This document shows positions 45,985 to 52,772 of a stretch of DNA of 55,715 bases, one piece after another. A model generated the notes under the pieces. It made no database searches, was not told where the DNA came from, and worked only from the letters and a program-made list of their open reading frames with translations. Position 1 is the first letter of the stretch, and the number at the start of each line of letters is the position of its first letter. This DNA comes from an uncultured Oscillospiraceae bacterium (GTDB lineage Bacteria > Bacillota > Clostridia > Christensenellales > Aristaeellaceae): NCBI GenBank assembly GCA_964600835.1, contig CAZRLM010000001.1, positions 1-55,715 on the forward strand, in the 5' to 3' direction. The translations under genes and the position numbers were made by a program.

Positions 45985-47523
45985 TTATTGCAGGTCAGAG
46001 GGGCTGGCGGGATCAACAGGAGGTTCATCCGTCGGAGGGGTCGTGGGCGGATCCGTCGGAGCCGTGGTGGGCGCATCGGTGGGCGCGTCGGTGGGCGCAG
46101 TGGTCGGAGCTTCTGTCGGAGGGGTCGTCGGCGCGGTTGTGGGCGCGTCCGTCGGCGGAATCGGCGTGGCCGTGCCGGGATTGACCGGCGCATTCGGGTC
46201 AAACAGCGCGATCAGCGTATTTTGATCCGCTTCGCCGGTTACCACCAGCAACGCAACGGACTGGAACTGCGCCACAGCGGCGACGGTGTTCGGGCCGTAC
46301 TTGCCATCCAGCTTGCCGGGATCATAGCCTAGGTCATGCAGCCGCGTCTGCATCAGCAGCACGTCGGTGCCCTTATCGCCATTTTTCAGGGGCGCATAGG
46401 GGTCGTAGACGGGCGCGTCCTTCGCGTAGAGCTTTTTAAGCATCGAAGCGGACGCATAGGAACGCTCGGTATAGTTGATTGCGCACTGGAACAGGTGCAC
46501 GGCCAGCAGCGTATCGTTGCCGAATACGCCGTCCACCTTGCCCACCGGGTAGCCCAGCTCGGCAAGGCGCTTCTGCATCTTGCGCACAGAGGAACCGCGC
46601 GCGCCCTTGCTGATCCGCCCGTCGTCCGAGCTGGAAGAGCTCGAGGAGCTGGAGGAGGGCTTGGGCGTTCTGGTGGGCGCGGGCGTGTTAGTCGGCCGCT
46701 GCGTGGCGGTGGGAGCCGTTGTGACCGCGGGCGCGGGCGAGGTCGTTTCAGCCGTCTTGGCGGTCGCAAAGGTCATGTTATCCAGCGGGGAGACGCTTTC
46801 AATCAGGTAATGGCCGGAAAGATCCTGCGTGTAGCGGTAGACCTGTCCGTTATGGCACACGGCAGCCGCGGTGTTCACGGAGGCCGCGGCGAGCGTGTGG
46901 TACTCGTTGTCCGCCAGGGTCACGACGGTCACGGTGTGATCGCTGCCCAGCATCGTCACCGCGTCCTGCGCAGCAGCCATGAAGATCGGGCTGTCAATGC
47001 CATTGCCAAGGCTGATGGGCGCGGCGGTCAAGCCGGTTTCACTGGTCAGCGCGACGCTCATGAGCGTCGTTTGCCCGTCCGTACCCTGTTCGATATAGAA
47101 CAGCTGCGTGCCGTTGGTGCACGCCATCAGCGCGTTTGTGGAGAGCGGCGCAGTCGAGCCGTCCGCCCGCCGCAGAGAAAGAGCGGCGTCCTCCAGCGTA
47201 TAGGGCAGTACGCCGGCAGCGCTTTCGAGATCGCTTTCGCTGGGCGCGTTGCTGACAATGCTTGTGCTGGTGCCGTCCAGGCGGATCGCGTAAAGCGCGC
47301 CGCCGCTGGCCAGGCAGTAGAGCTGACTGTCATCCATGCCTATCAGGTCGATGATGGGGGAGCGAAGCACCTTCGCGGCGCCCTCCGCGTCCTCCAAATA
47401 GAGGTAATTGCTGTCACCCAGATAGGCTGTGTAGCTGCCATTGGAAACGATTGGCGATGCCATTGCGGTAACCGCGAAGCACAGCGCGGCCAGCAGGCAA
47501 AGCAAAGGAATAACCCGTTTCAT
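45985..47523 (-). CDS. Secreted cell-wall protein: beta-propeller-like N-domain, Ser/Pro/Thr linker, two PG_binding_1 domains, PT-repeat tail
   Basis: Signal peptide MKRVIPLLCLLAALCFAVTAMA. Two repeats of the form G..V..(M/L)Q.RL..LGY..G..DG.(F/Y)G..T..AV..FQ. The C-terminus is PTDAPTTAPTTPPTEAPTTAPTDAPTDAPTTAPTDPPTTPPTD. Confidence 0.75.
   Translation of the reverse strand: MKRVIPLLCLLAALCFAVTAMASPIVSNGSYTAYLGDSNYLYLEDAEGAAKVLRSPIIDLIGMDDSQLYCLASGGALYAIRLDGTSTSIVSNAPSESDLESAAGVLPYTLEDAALSLRRADGSTAPLSTNALMACTNGTQLFYIEQGTDGQTTLMSVALTSETGLTAAPISLGNGIDSPIFMAAAQDAVTMLGSDHTVTVVTLADNEYHTLAAASVNTAAAVCHNGQVYRYTQDLSGHYLIESVSPLDNMTFATAKTAETTSPAPAVTTAPTATQRPTNTPAPTRTPKPSSSSSSSSSSDDGRISKGARGSSVRKMQKRLAELGYPVGKVDGVFGNDTLLAVHLFQCAINYTERSYASASMLKKLYAKDAPVYDPYAPLKNGDKGTDVLLMQTRLHDLGYDPGKLDGKYGPNTVAAVAQFQSVALLVVTGEADQNTLIALFDPNAPVNPGTATPIPPTDAPTTAPTTPPTEAPTTAPTDAPTDAPTTAPTDPPTTPPTDEPPVDPASPSDLQ
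46030..46170. repeat. Degenerate 12-nt tandem repeat encoding (A/P)PT(D/T/E) tetrapeptides
   Basis: GTGGGCGCATCG / GTGGGCGCGTCG / GTGGGCGCAGTG / GTCGGAGCTTCT / GTCGGAGGGGTC ... are visible on the plus strand, inside the 3' end of the minus-strand CDS. Confidence 0.8.
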
Positions 47524-47822
47524 AAAGACCTCCCTTTCTGTCCGTGTCCGCAGGATCGGTGGACAATCAGCCGCCCGGCAGGCGTTGCCACACTCAAGCG
47601 GCTCTTCACTGTATTAGACGAAACAGAAAAGGAAATCGTTGCACGCAAATGAACTTTTTTTCTCTTTTTACGGGTCTTTCCCGTTTGCTTTTTCGGAAGA
47701 ATGCCGAATAGAAATCATGAAAAGTTTTCATATCCGACCAATCGCGGGAAGAAAAGGAAGGAGCCGTCCGTTCAGTTATTAGAGAAGAAACGAAATTTTC
47801 CACCTGCAAGGAGGAACAGGCC

Positions 47823-48988
47823 ATGAGGAACGGTTTGCGGCGCGCGCTTTGTCTGGCCATGCTGACGGTGGCGATGTTGCTCGTGGGCGCAGCCCATGCG
47901 GACGGCCCAATGGCCTATGGCGTGACGTACAGAAGCGACACCGTCAACCTGCGTCGGCAGCCGACTCAGTATTCCGATCGGTTGGGAAGCTACGCGCGGG
48001 GCAGCTGGATGACGATCAACGGCGAGAATGGCAACTGGTACTATGTCACCGCGCCGGATGGTAAGACGGGCTATATGAGCAAGAACTACGTCGAGGTGAT
48101 ACAGGACAACTATGCTACCGTCGGCTTGGTGGCAAACTCCAAGCCAACCGCATTCCTGAACCTGCGGGAGAGGCCGAGCTATTCGGCCAGGGTGCTGGGC
48201 ATCTATTATAACGGCGTTCCTTTTACGCCGCTGAGCTATTCCGGCGGCTGGTACAAGGTGCGGTTGAACGGTACGGAGGGGTATTTTCGGGAGGAGTATG
48301 TTACGCAGCGCTATATGGCCTTTCGGAGGAGGTAGCGACGGTTGTTACGCCCAACAGGGGCGGGGTGAACCTGCGCACAGGTCCGGGCATGGGGTATCCG
48401 TCCATCAAGCAATATCCGGGTGGAACCTATGTGATGGTGCTCCAAAAGGGCGTGGATTGGTGGCGCATATCGGTGGACGGATGCATCGGCTACATGAGCA
48501 CCCGTTTTTTGCGGGAGGGCGTGCTCGATCCCTCCCACAGCGTCGGCGACGGCGGACAGGACGCGACCGTAAACGGGTATGCCATTGTGACGAACCTGCG
48601 TCAAACGCAGCTGCTGAACCTGCGGGAGTCGCCCACGACCACCAGCCGTGTTCTGGGGCAATACGCAAACGGAACGCGGCTGACGGTTCTTTTCCAGGGA
48701 TTGCAGTGGTGCAAGGTGATGAACGCCTCAAACGCGGTCGGCTATATGATGACCGATTACCTGACGCTCTATCAGCTGCCGGACGTGCCGCGCATGAAGG
48801 TCAATCACCCGCAAAAAACCTTTGTCAACCTTCGCTCGACTCCTTCCATGACAGCCAGCCGGGTGTTGGCGCGGGTGCCCCACGGCGCGAGCGTCATCGT
48901 TCTTTCGCCCGAGGAGGGCTGGATCAAGGTGCGGTATAACGGTCAGACGGGATACATGGTTTCCTACTTTCTGCAAGAGGAAAAATAA
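47823..48988 (+). pseudogene. Five-repeat bacterial SH3 (SH3b) exported protein interrupted by a frameshift near 48321-48335
   Basis: ORF 47823-48335 carries a signal peptide and 2 SH3b repeats. ORF 48365-48988 carries 3 SH3b repeats with no signal peptide or credible RBS. The second frame is open upstream and reads SEEVATVVTPNRGGVNLRTGPG, continuing the repeat pattern. Confidence 0.65.
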
Positions 48989-48990
48989 AC

Positions 48991-49035
48991 AAAACGCGGC
49001 ACGCTGGAAAACAAATCCGACGCGCCGCGTTTTTT
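48991..49035. terminator. Bidirectional rho-independent terminator
   Basis: AAAACGCGGCACG...CGCGCCGCGTTTTTT lies between convergent genes. Confidence 0.7.
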
Positions 49036-49046
49036 GCAATCCCTTC

Positions 49047-49529
49047 TTACTGCCCGTAGGTGGTTCGCGTGGAGAAAGGAATCCCCCAGAGATAGTAGGT
49101 GACGTTCAGCTCACGGACGGCGTGCATTCCGATGCTGGTCAGAATGGTGGCGCTGATATCGCCGGTTGAGCGGGCGGGAAGCGCGCGGGCGGTTTCGTCG
49201 TCGATTTGAAGCACGTCGCCGTCCATGGGCGTGACTTGCACCTCCACCATGTCCGCCGTCAGAAAGCTGTTGTTTTTCAACCGAACGGTATAGGTATAGA
49301 ACTGGTAGTTTTCCGCGCTGCTCAGGGGCGCGGCCGTATAGGCTGTGCCGATGACCCGCCCCTCCGCCACCTGCGCTTGCAAACTGGCGAACAAATCGGG
49401 CTGCGTGGAGGCTTCCACGGCGATTACGCCAACTCCGTCGACCGTTACATTGGCAGTCATGTACAGATAGCCCACGCCAACGACGGAGGCAAGAAGCAGA
49501 ACGACCATCAAAATAGCAACATATTTCAC
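49047..49529 (-). CDS. Small N-terminally membrane-anchored protein of unknown function (third gene of the MotAB-like operon)
   Basis: GTG start 8 nt after AGGAGA. TM helix VAILMVVLLLASVVGVGYLY followed by a ~130-aa beta-rich extracytoplasmic domain. Confidence 0.6.
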   Translation of the reverse strand: MKYVAILMVVLLLASVVGVGYLYMTANVTVDGVGVIAVEASTQPDLFASLQAQVAEGRVIGTAYTAAPLSSAENYQFYTYTVRLKNNSFLTADMVEVQVTPMDGDVLQIDDETARALPARSTGDISATILTSIGMHAVRELNVTYYLWGIPFSTRTTYGQ

Positions 49530-49575
49530 GGCTTAAATCTCCTACTCAACGGATCAGTAAAGACTTGTTTATCTC

Positions 49576-50616
49576 TCAGCCTCCGGAGGAAAGAATACGG
49601 TTCAACTCGTCGATCATCTCGCTGTCCTTGAGATTGAACTTGAACTCAACGCGGCGGGATGCATCCAGATTGACGGTGCCATCCGCGTTGTATACGGGAT
49701 TGGACCAGCTCTTACCGGTGGCGGTGAGGATGGAACGCAGCTTGGCCTGCTGCTCAGCGTTCAGAGAGGGCATCTCCAGGCAGTACTTCGCTACGGAGAG
49801 CGCCCGCGCCTGACTCAGCTCCAGGTTGTTCATATAGTTGCCAACCGTGTCAGTATGCCCTTCAATGATGATTTCTCCCAGGTAGTCCGCATATTGCGGC
49901 TGAAGGAGCACCTCCAGATAGACGGGAATGAACCGGTTCAGCAACGCCTGACCGTCCTCCTGAATGGCGGAGGAGTTGGTCTTGAAAAGCACCGCGCTGT
50001 CCAGCGTGATCGCGCCGGTGTTCTTGTCAACGTATGCTTTCAGGTTGGCGTTTGTCAGCGCGACGGAAAGATCCTGAATGATGCGCGTTCGTACGCCGAC
50101 CATTGCGTCGATCTTTGCGGTCTGCGCCGTGAGCGCTTCCTGCTGGGCCAGCAGCGCCGCGGTGGCTGCATCCAGCTCGTCCTGCTTGGTGGCAAGCAGC
50201 GCGCTTTGGGCGTCCAGCTCAGCCTGCTTTGCGTCCAGCGCAGCCTGCAAGGAAGCCAGAAGCGACTCCCGATCGGCCAGCGTCAGTTTTGCCGCGTCCA
50301 GCTCGGCCTGCTGCTCATCCAGGTTCGTTTGCAGCAGCGCCAGCGCGGCGCTTTGCTCATCCAGGGTAGTTTGCTGCTGCGAAAGCTGCAACGCATACTC
50401 GTCTACCTTGGTCTGCTGCTGATTAAGTAGCGCGCTCTGCGCCTCTAACTCAGCGGTTTTTGTTTCCAGCATGGTAAAGTATTGATAGAGGCTGATGGAA
50501 AGAATCAGCACAAACACCAGCAGCAGCGCGGCCATCATATCCGAATAGCTGATCCAGCTTGCGCCGCTGTTGGTCGACTTGCCTGCGCGTTGATTGTGGA
50601 TACGCTGTCTTGCCAT
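49576..50616 (-). CDS. MotB/OmpA-family protein with an extended coiled-coil stalk
   Basis: WISYSDMMAALLLVFVLIL is a MotB-type TM helix with the conserved Asp. Residues ~55-166 form 14-residue repeats. The C-terminal OmpA-like domain is IIIEGHTDTVGNYMNNLELSQARALSV. The RBS GAAGGAGGAG lies within the end of the upstream gene. Confidence 0.8.
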   Translation of the reverse strand: MARQRIHNQRAGKSTNSGASWISYSDMMAALLLVFVLILSISLYQYFTMLETKTAELEAQSALLNQQQTKVDEYALQLSQQQTTLDEQSAALALLQTNLDEQQAELDAAKLTLADRESLLASLQAALDAKQAELDAQSALLATKQDELDAATAALLAQQEALTAQTAKIDAMVGVRTRIIQDLSVALTNANLKAYVDKNTGAITLDSAVLFKTNSSAIQEDGQALLNRFIPVYLEVLLQPQYADYLGEIIIEGHTDTVGNYMNNLELSQARALSVAKYCLEMPSLNAEQQAKLRSILTATGKSWSNPVYNADGTVNLDASRRVEFKFNLKDSEMIDELNRILSSGG

Positions 50617-50622
50617 GCGGGA

Positions 50623-52167
50623 TTACTCCTCCTTCACAGCATCCAGCGTGTCTGCCGCGCGCTGCACGCTGTCGGAAATGGCGGTCAGCATCCGCTGAAG
50701 CTCGCTGACCTGCTTGGCGGTGACGGCCTCGCTGTCGTGGGCGTTGAGCGCATCAATCCGTTCGGAAAGCGTAGAAATCAGGCTGTGCATACTCTCGTCG
50801 AACAGGCCGAGGGAGCGGGACAGCCCTTCCACAACGTTCTGCACGAAGGTATCGTAGCTTTGGGACAACGCTTCGCCAGCGGTTTGTATGGCCTGGCTGG
50901 CGCTGCTCAGGCCGACGGCGCTCTCGCTGCCGACGCGCCCCAGCGCGGTCATTGTTTCCTGACTCTTCTCCTGGAATTGTTGCAGAGCGCGGGACAGGTC
51001 GTCCTGATAGGCCTTGAGGCCACGCAGGGCAGCATTTTGCTGATCGGCGGCATTGTGAAGTTTGGACAGCAGCTCGCTGGTGGCCTGCTCAAAGCGCTCA
51101 TCCCGGCGGCGCGCGTCGCCCAGCTCCTTCACATACTGCTCGAAGCGGGCGATCACGTCGTTGCTCACGCCGCTCAGGCGGGCGGCGTCGTTCAAAACGG
51201 CGGAAGCGGTCTGCATGGACTTTTCCACCTGCGCCGCTTGAGCAGATTGATGCTGGTTCAGCTCGGTCATTGTCTGCCCAAGCGTCAAAAACTGGCCGGA
51301 GAGCGTCTCGTTCATGCGGGAAATGAAATTGTTCACAATCTGATTCACGCCGTCGATTTGCGCGCGGGTCGCGCCAATCAGGAAATTGTCCATCGCGCGG
51401 GCGACAGGCTGCATCGCGCGGGTGACGGACAGCTCGACGCTTCCGGCGATCTGTCCGGGCAGCGACTCGGTGACGGTGCTCAGCAGATGATTGCAGTCCT
51501 GATTCTGGCAAATGAGCTGCACGTCGTTATCCAGCGGGCGCTGCATGGCCAGCTGCGTGAAGGAGGAAACGAAGTCGTCAATGGCCCGATAACTCGAGCC
51601 TTGCGCAATGCGGTTCAACATATTAAAGCACAGCGAGCAGGAAATGCCTGCGATCGAAGTGCCAAAGGCGAACTGCATTCCGGTCAGCAGCTTCGGAATA
51701 CCGGCGATGATGTTGGCGGCGTCAGAGAAATCCAGACCGCCCAGGCCGCGCATCATGCCCATGAAGGTGCCCAGAATGCCCAGCGAGGTGAGCAGGCCGG
51801 GGATCAGATCCGCCAGCGTGGCGTTTCCGGGGCCATGGGTCACGGTATCGTCATTGATATAATCTTCGACATTGCAGGGAAGCCCGCGCCGGTCAAGCTG
51901 CTCGGCGTTTTGCAGGAATCGGAGCCAGGAGCCGCGCAGACGCTTGCCCATAAAGCGGGATTCCTGCCAGACGGGCTTTTCGCCCTGCTGACGTCCCGCG
52001 TCCGCCTGCAAGCGGGAAACGGCGCGCCGCAGCGCATGGGTGGTGTTCCATAGCGGCAGCAAACACTTGATGACGCCGATCAGCGTCACTACGCCGATAG
52101 CGATATACACCAGCGCGTCCGCCAGATTGTCGGGCAACTGCGCGGTCATTGAGCTAAAATCAGGCAT
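50623..52167 (-). CDS. MotA/TolQ/ExbB-family proton-channel protein with a ~280-aa C-terminal coiled-coil tail
   Basis: ATG 52167 lies 8 nt after AAGGAGG. TM1 is VYIAIGVVTLIGVIKCLL. The channel helices are LIPGLLTSLGILGTFMGMM and FAFGTSIAGISCSLCFNML. A long Q/A/S/L/E-rich helical tail follows. The 698-aa track ORF is an artefactual extension. Confidence 0.8.
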   Translation of the reverse strand: MPDFSSMTAQLPDNLADALVYIAIGVVTLIGVIKCLLPLWNTTHALRRAVSRLQADAGRQQGEKPVWQESRFMGKRLRGSWLRFLQNAEQLDRRGLPCNVEDYINDDTVTHGPGNATLADLIPGLLTSLGILGTFMGMMRGLGGLDFSDAANIIAGIPKLLTGMQFAFGTSIAGISCSLCFNMLNRIAQGSSYRAIDDFVSSFTQLAMQRPLDNDVQLICQNQDCNHLLSTVTESLPGQIAGSVELSVTRAMQPVARAMDNFLIGATRAQIDGVNQIVNNFISRMNETLSGQFLTLGQTMTELNQHQSAQAAQVEKSMQTASAVLNDAARLSGVSNDVIARFEQYVKELGDARRRDERFEQATSELLSKLHNAADQQNAALRGLKAYQDDLSRALQQFQEKSQETMTALGRVGSESAVGLSSASQAIQTAGEALSQSYDTFVQNVVEGLSRSLGLFDESMHSLISTLSERIDALNAHDSEAVTAKQVSELQRMLTAISDSVQRAADTLDAVKEE

Positions 52168-52236
52168 TGCAAAAACCTCCTTGGTGCATCCGGGAGCTTC
52201 AAAGCTGGCAGAGCGGATGAACAGATAACCTCTTCT

Positions 52237-52265
52237 ATTGTACATGATTTTTATCCGCTTGTAAA
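52237..52265 (-). promoter_or_regulatory. Near-consensus sigma-A promoter of the MotAB-like operon
   Basis: Minus strand reads TTTACA (52260-52265), 17 nt, then TACAAT (52237-52242) preceded by TG. Confidence 0.6.
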
Positions 52266-52356
52266 TGAACAGCTTGTAAACAAACGGATTTTGCCTTTCG
52301 TTCAGTGTTTCGGAGGACGCGGCGCGCATATGCTGTGATGGAAGCGAGGGATGAAT

Positions 52357-52596
52357 ATGCGCAACGGGTGGAAGCCTGGGCAGGTGCAGACGCGCTGCTA
52401 TCGGCAGGGAAACGGCGCGCTGATTGCGTTGGGCGCGGCTTTGGTGGCGCTTGGGCTGCTGCTGCTCTTTCTGTGCATTCCCGGATGGGCATGGGCAGCG
52501 CTGGCGGGCAGCCTGCTGATCGGCGCCGGCTACCTGCTCATCCGCCTTGGGCGCAGTGCGGGGAAGCAAGGCGGCAAGAGCTGCCGCCGGCGGTGA
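52357..52596 (+). CDS. Small two-TM membrane protein (hypothetical)
   Basis: GAGGG lies 6 nt before ATG 52357 (ATG 52351 is also in frame). There are two clear hydrophobic helices, ALIALGAALVALGLLLLFLCI and AWAALAGSLLIGAGYLLI, and a basic tail. Confidence 0.4.
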   Translation: MRNGWKPGQVQTRCYRQGNGALIALGAALVALGLLLLFLCIPGWAWAALAGSLLIGAGYLLIRLGRSAGKQGGKSCRRR

Positions 52597-52621
52597 GCGC
52601 GTCCTGAAAGGGGGTGAAGCG

Positions 52622-52708
52622 ATGAGCGTCCGCATGGTATGCGTCAAAGCGCCAAGGTTTTTGCGCGGCCTCTTGAAGGCGTGGTCGGAAAGAAAACGGG
52701 GCGCATAG
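52622..52708 (+). CDS. spoVM: SpoVM-like micro-protein (28 aa)
   Basis: Not in the ORF track because it is under 60 aa. AAAGGGGGTG lies 5 nt before the ATG. MSVRMVCVKAPRFLRGLLKAWSERKRGA aligns with B. subtilis SpoVM (IKLPKFLGGIVRAM against VKAPRFLRGLLKAW). A terminator follows. Confidence 0.6.
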   Translation: MSVRMVCVKAPRFLRGLLKAWSERKRGA

Positions 52709-52718
52709 GAGCGCGCCA

Positions 52719-52742
52719 AAGCGGCTTCGGCCGCCTTTTTTA
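52719..52742 (+). terminator. Rho-independent terminator after the spoVM-like ORF
   Basis: GCGGC-ttcg-GCCGC followed by CTTTTTT. Confidence 0.6.
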
Positions 52743-52743
52743 T

Positions 52744-52768
52744 GAAAAAAAGCCGCTCGGTGGCGGCA
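52744..52768 (-). terminator. Rho-independent terminator after the GH25-LysM gene
   Basis: Minus strand reads GCCGCCAccgaGCGGC followed by TTTTTTT. Confidence 0.6.
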
Positions 52769-52772
52769 AGGG

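Noticed and set aside
46030-46170. Short-period tandem repeats that could be mistaken for a CRISPR-like or satellite array
   Set aside because: The period is only 12 nt with no spacers. The array is in frame inside a CDS and encodes a PT-rich peptide tail.
47717-47731. 7+1+7 inverted repeat ATGAAAAGTTTTCAT in the divergent intergenic region upstream of the SH3b gene
   Set aside because: It sits in the most AT-rich stretch of the window, where A/T-run palindromes arise easily by chance. I saw no second copy and no associated regulator.
48321-48335. Programmed -1 ribosomal frameshifting in the SH3b gene
   Set aside because: There is no X-XXY-YYZ slippery heptamer and no downstream stimulatory structure. 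A simple indel at the TTT run is more parsimonious.
49047-52167. Calling the MotAB-like operon a bona fide Zorya type I/II/III system
   Set aside because: No ZorC/ZorD/ZorE/ZorF/ZorG-like helicase, nuclease or HNH genes lie adjacent. Only the architectural analogy holds, so it is reported as a candidate rather than an assignment.
52168-52719. N-terminal extensions offered by the ORF track (50623-52719, 42492-43433, 54239-55123, 35486-37327, 34042-35598, 24334-24438)
   Set aside because: The extensions are Arg/Pro-rich, lack an RBS, overlap upstream genes or promoters, and precede internal starts with strong Shine-Dalgarno sequences where the recognisable protein family actually begins.
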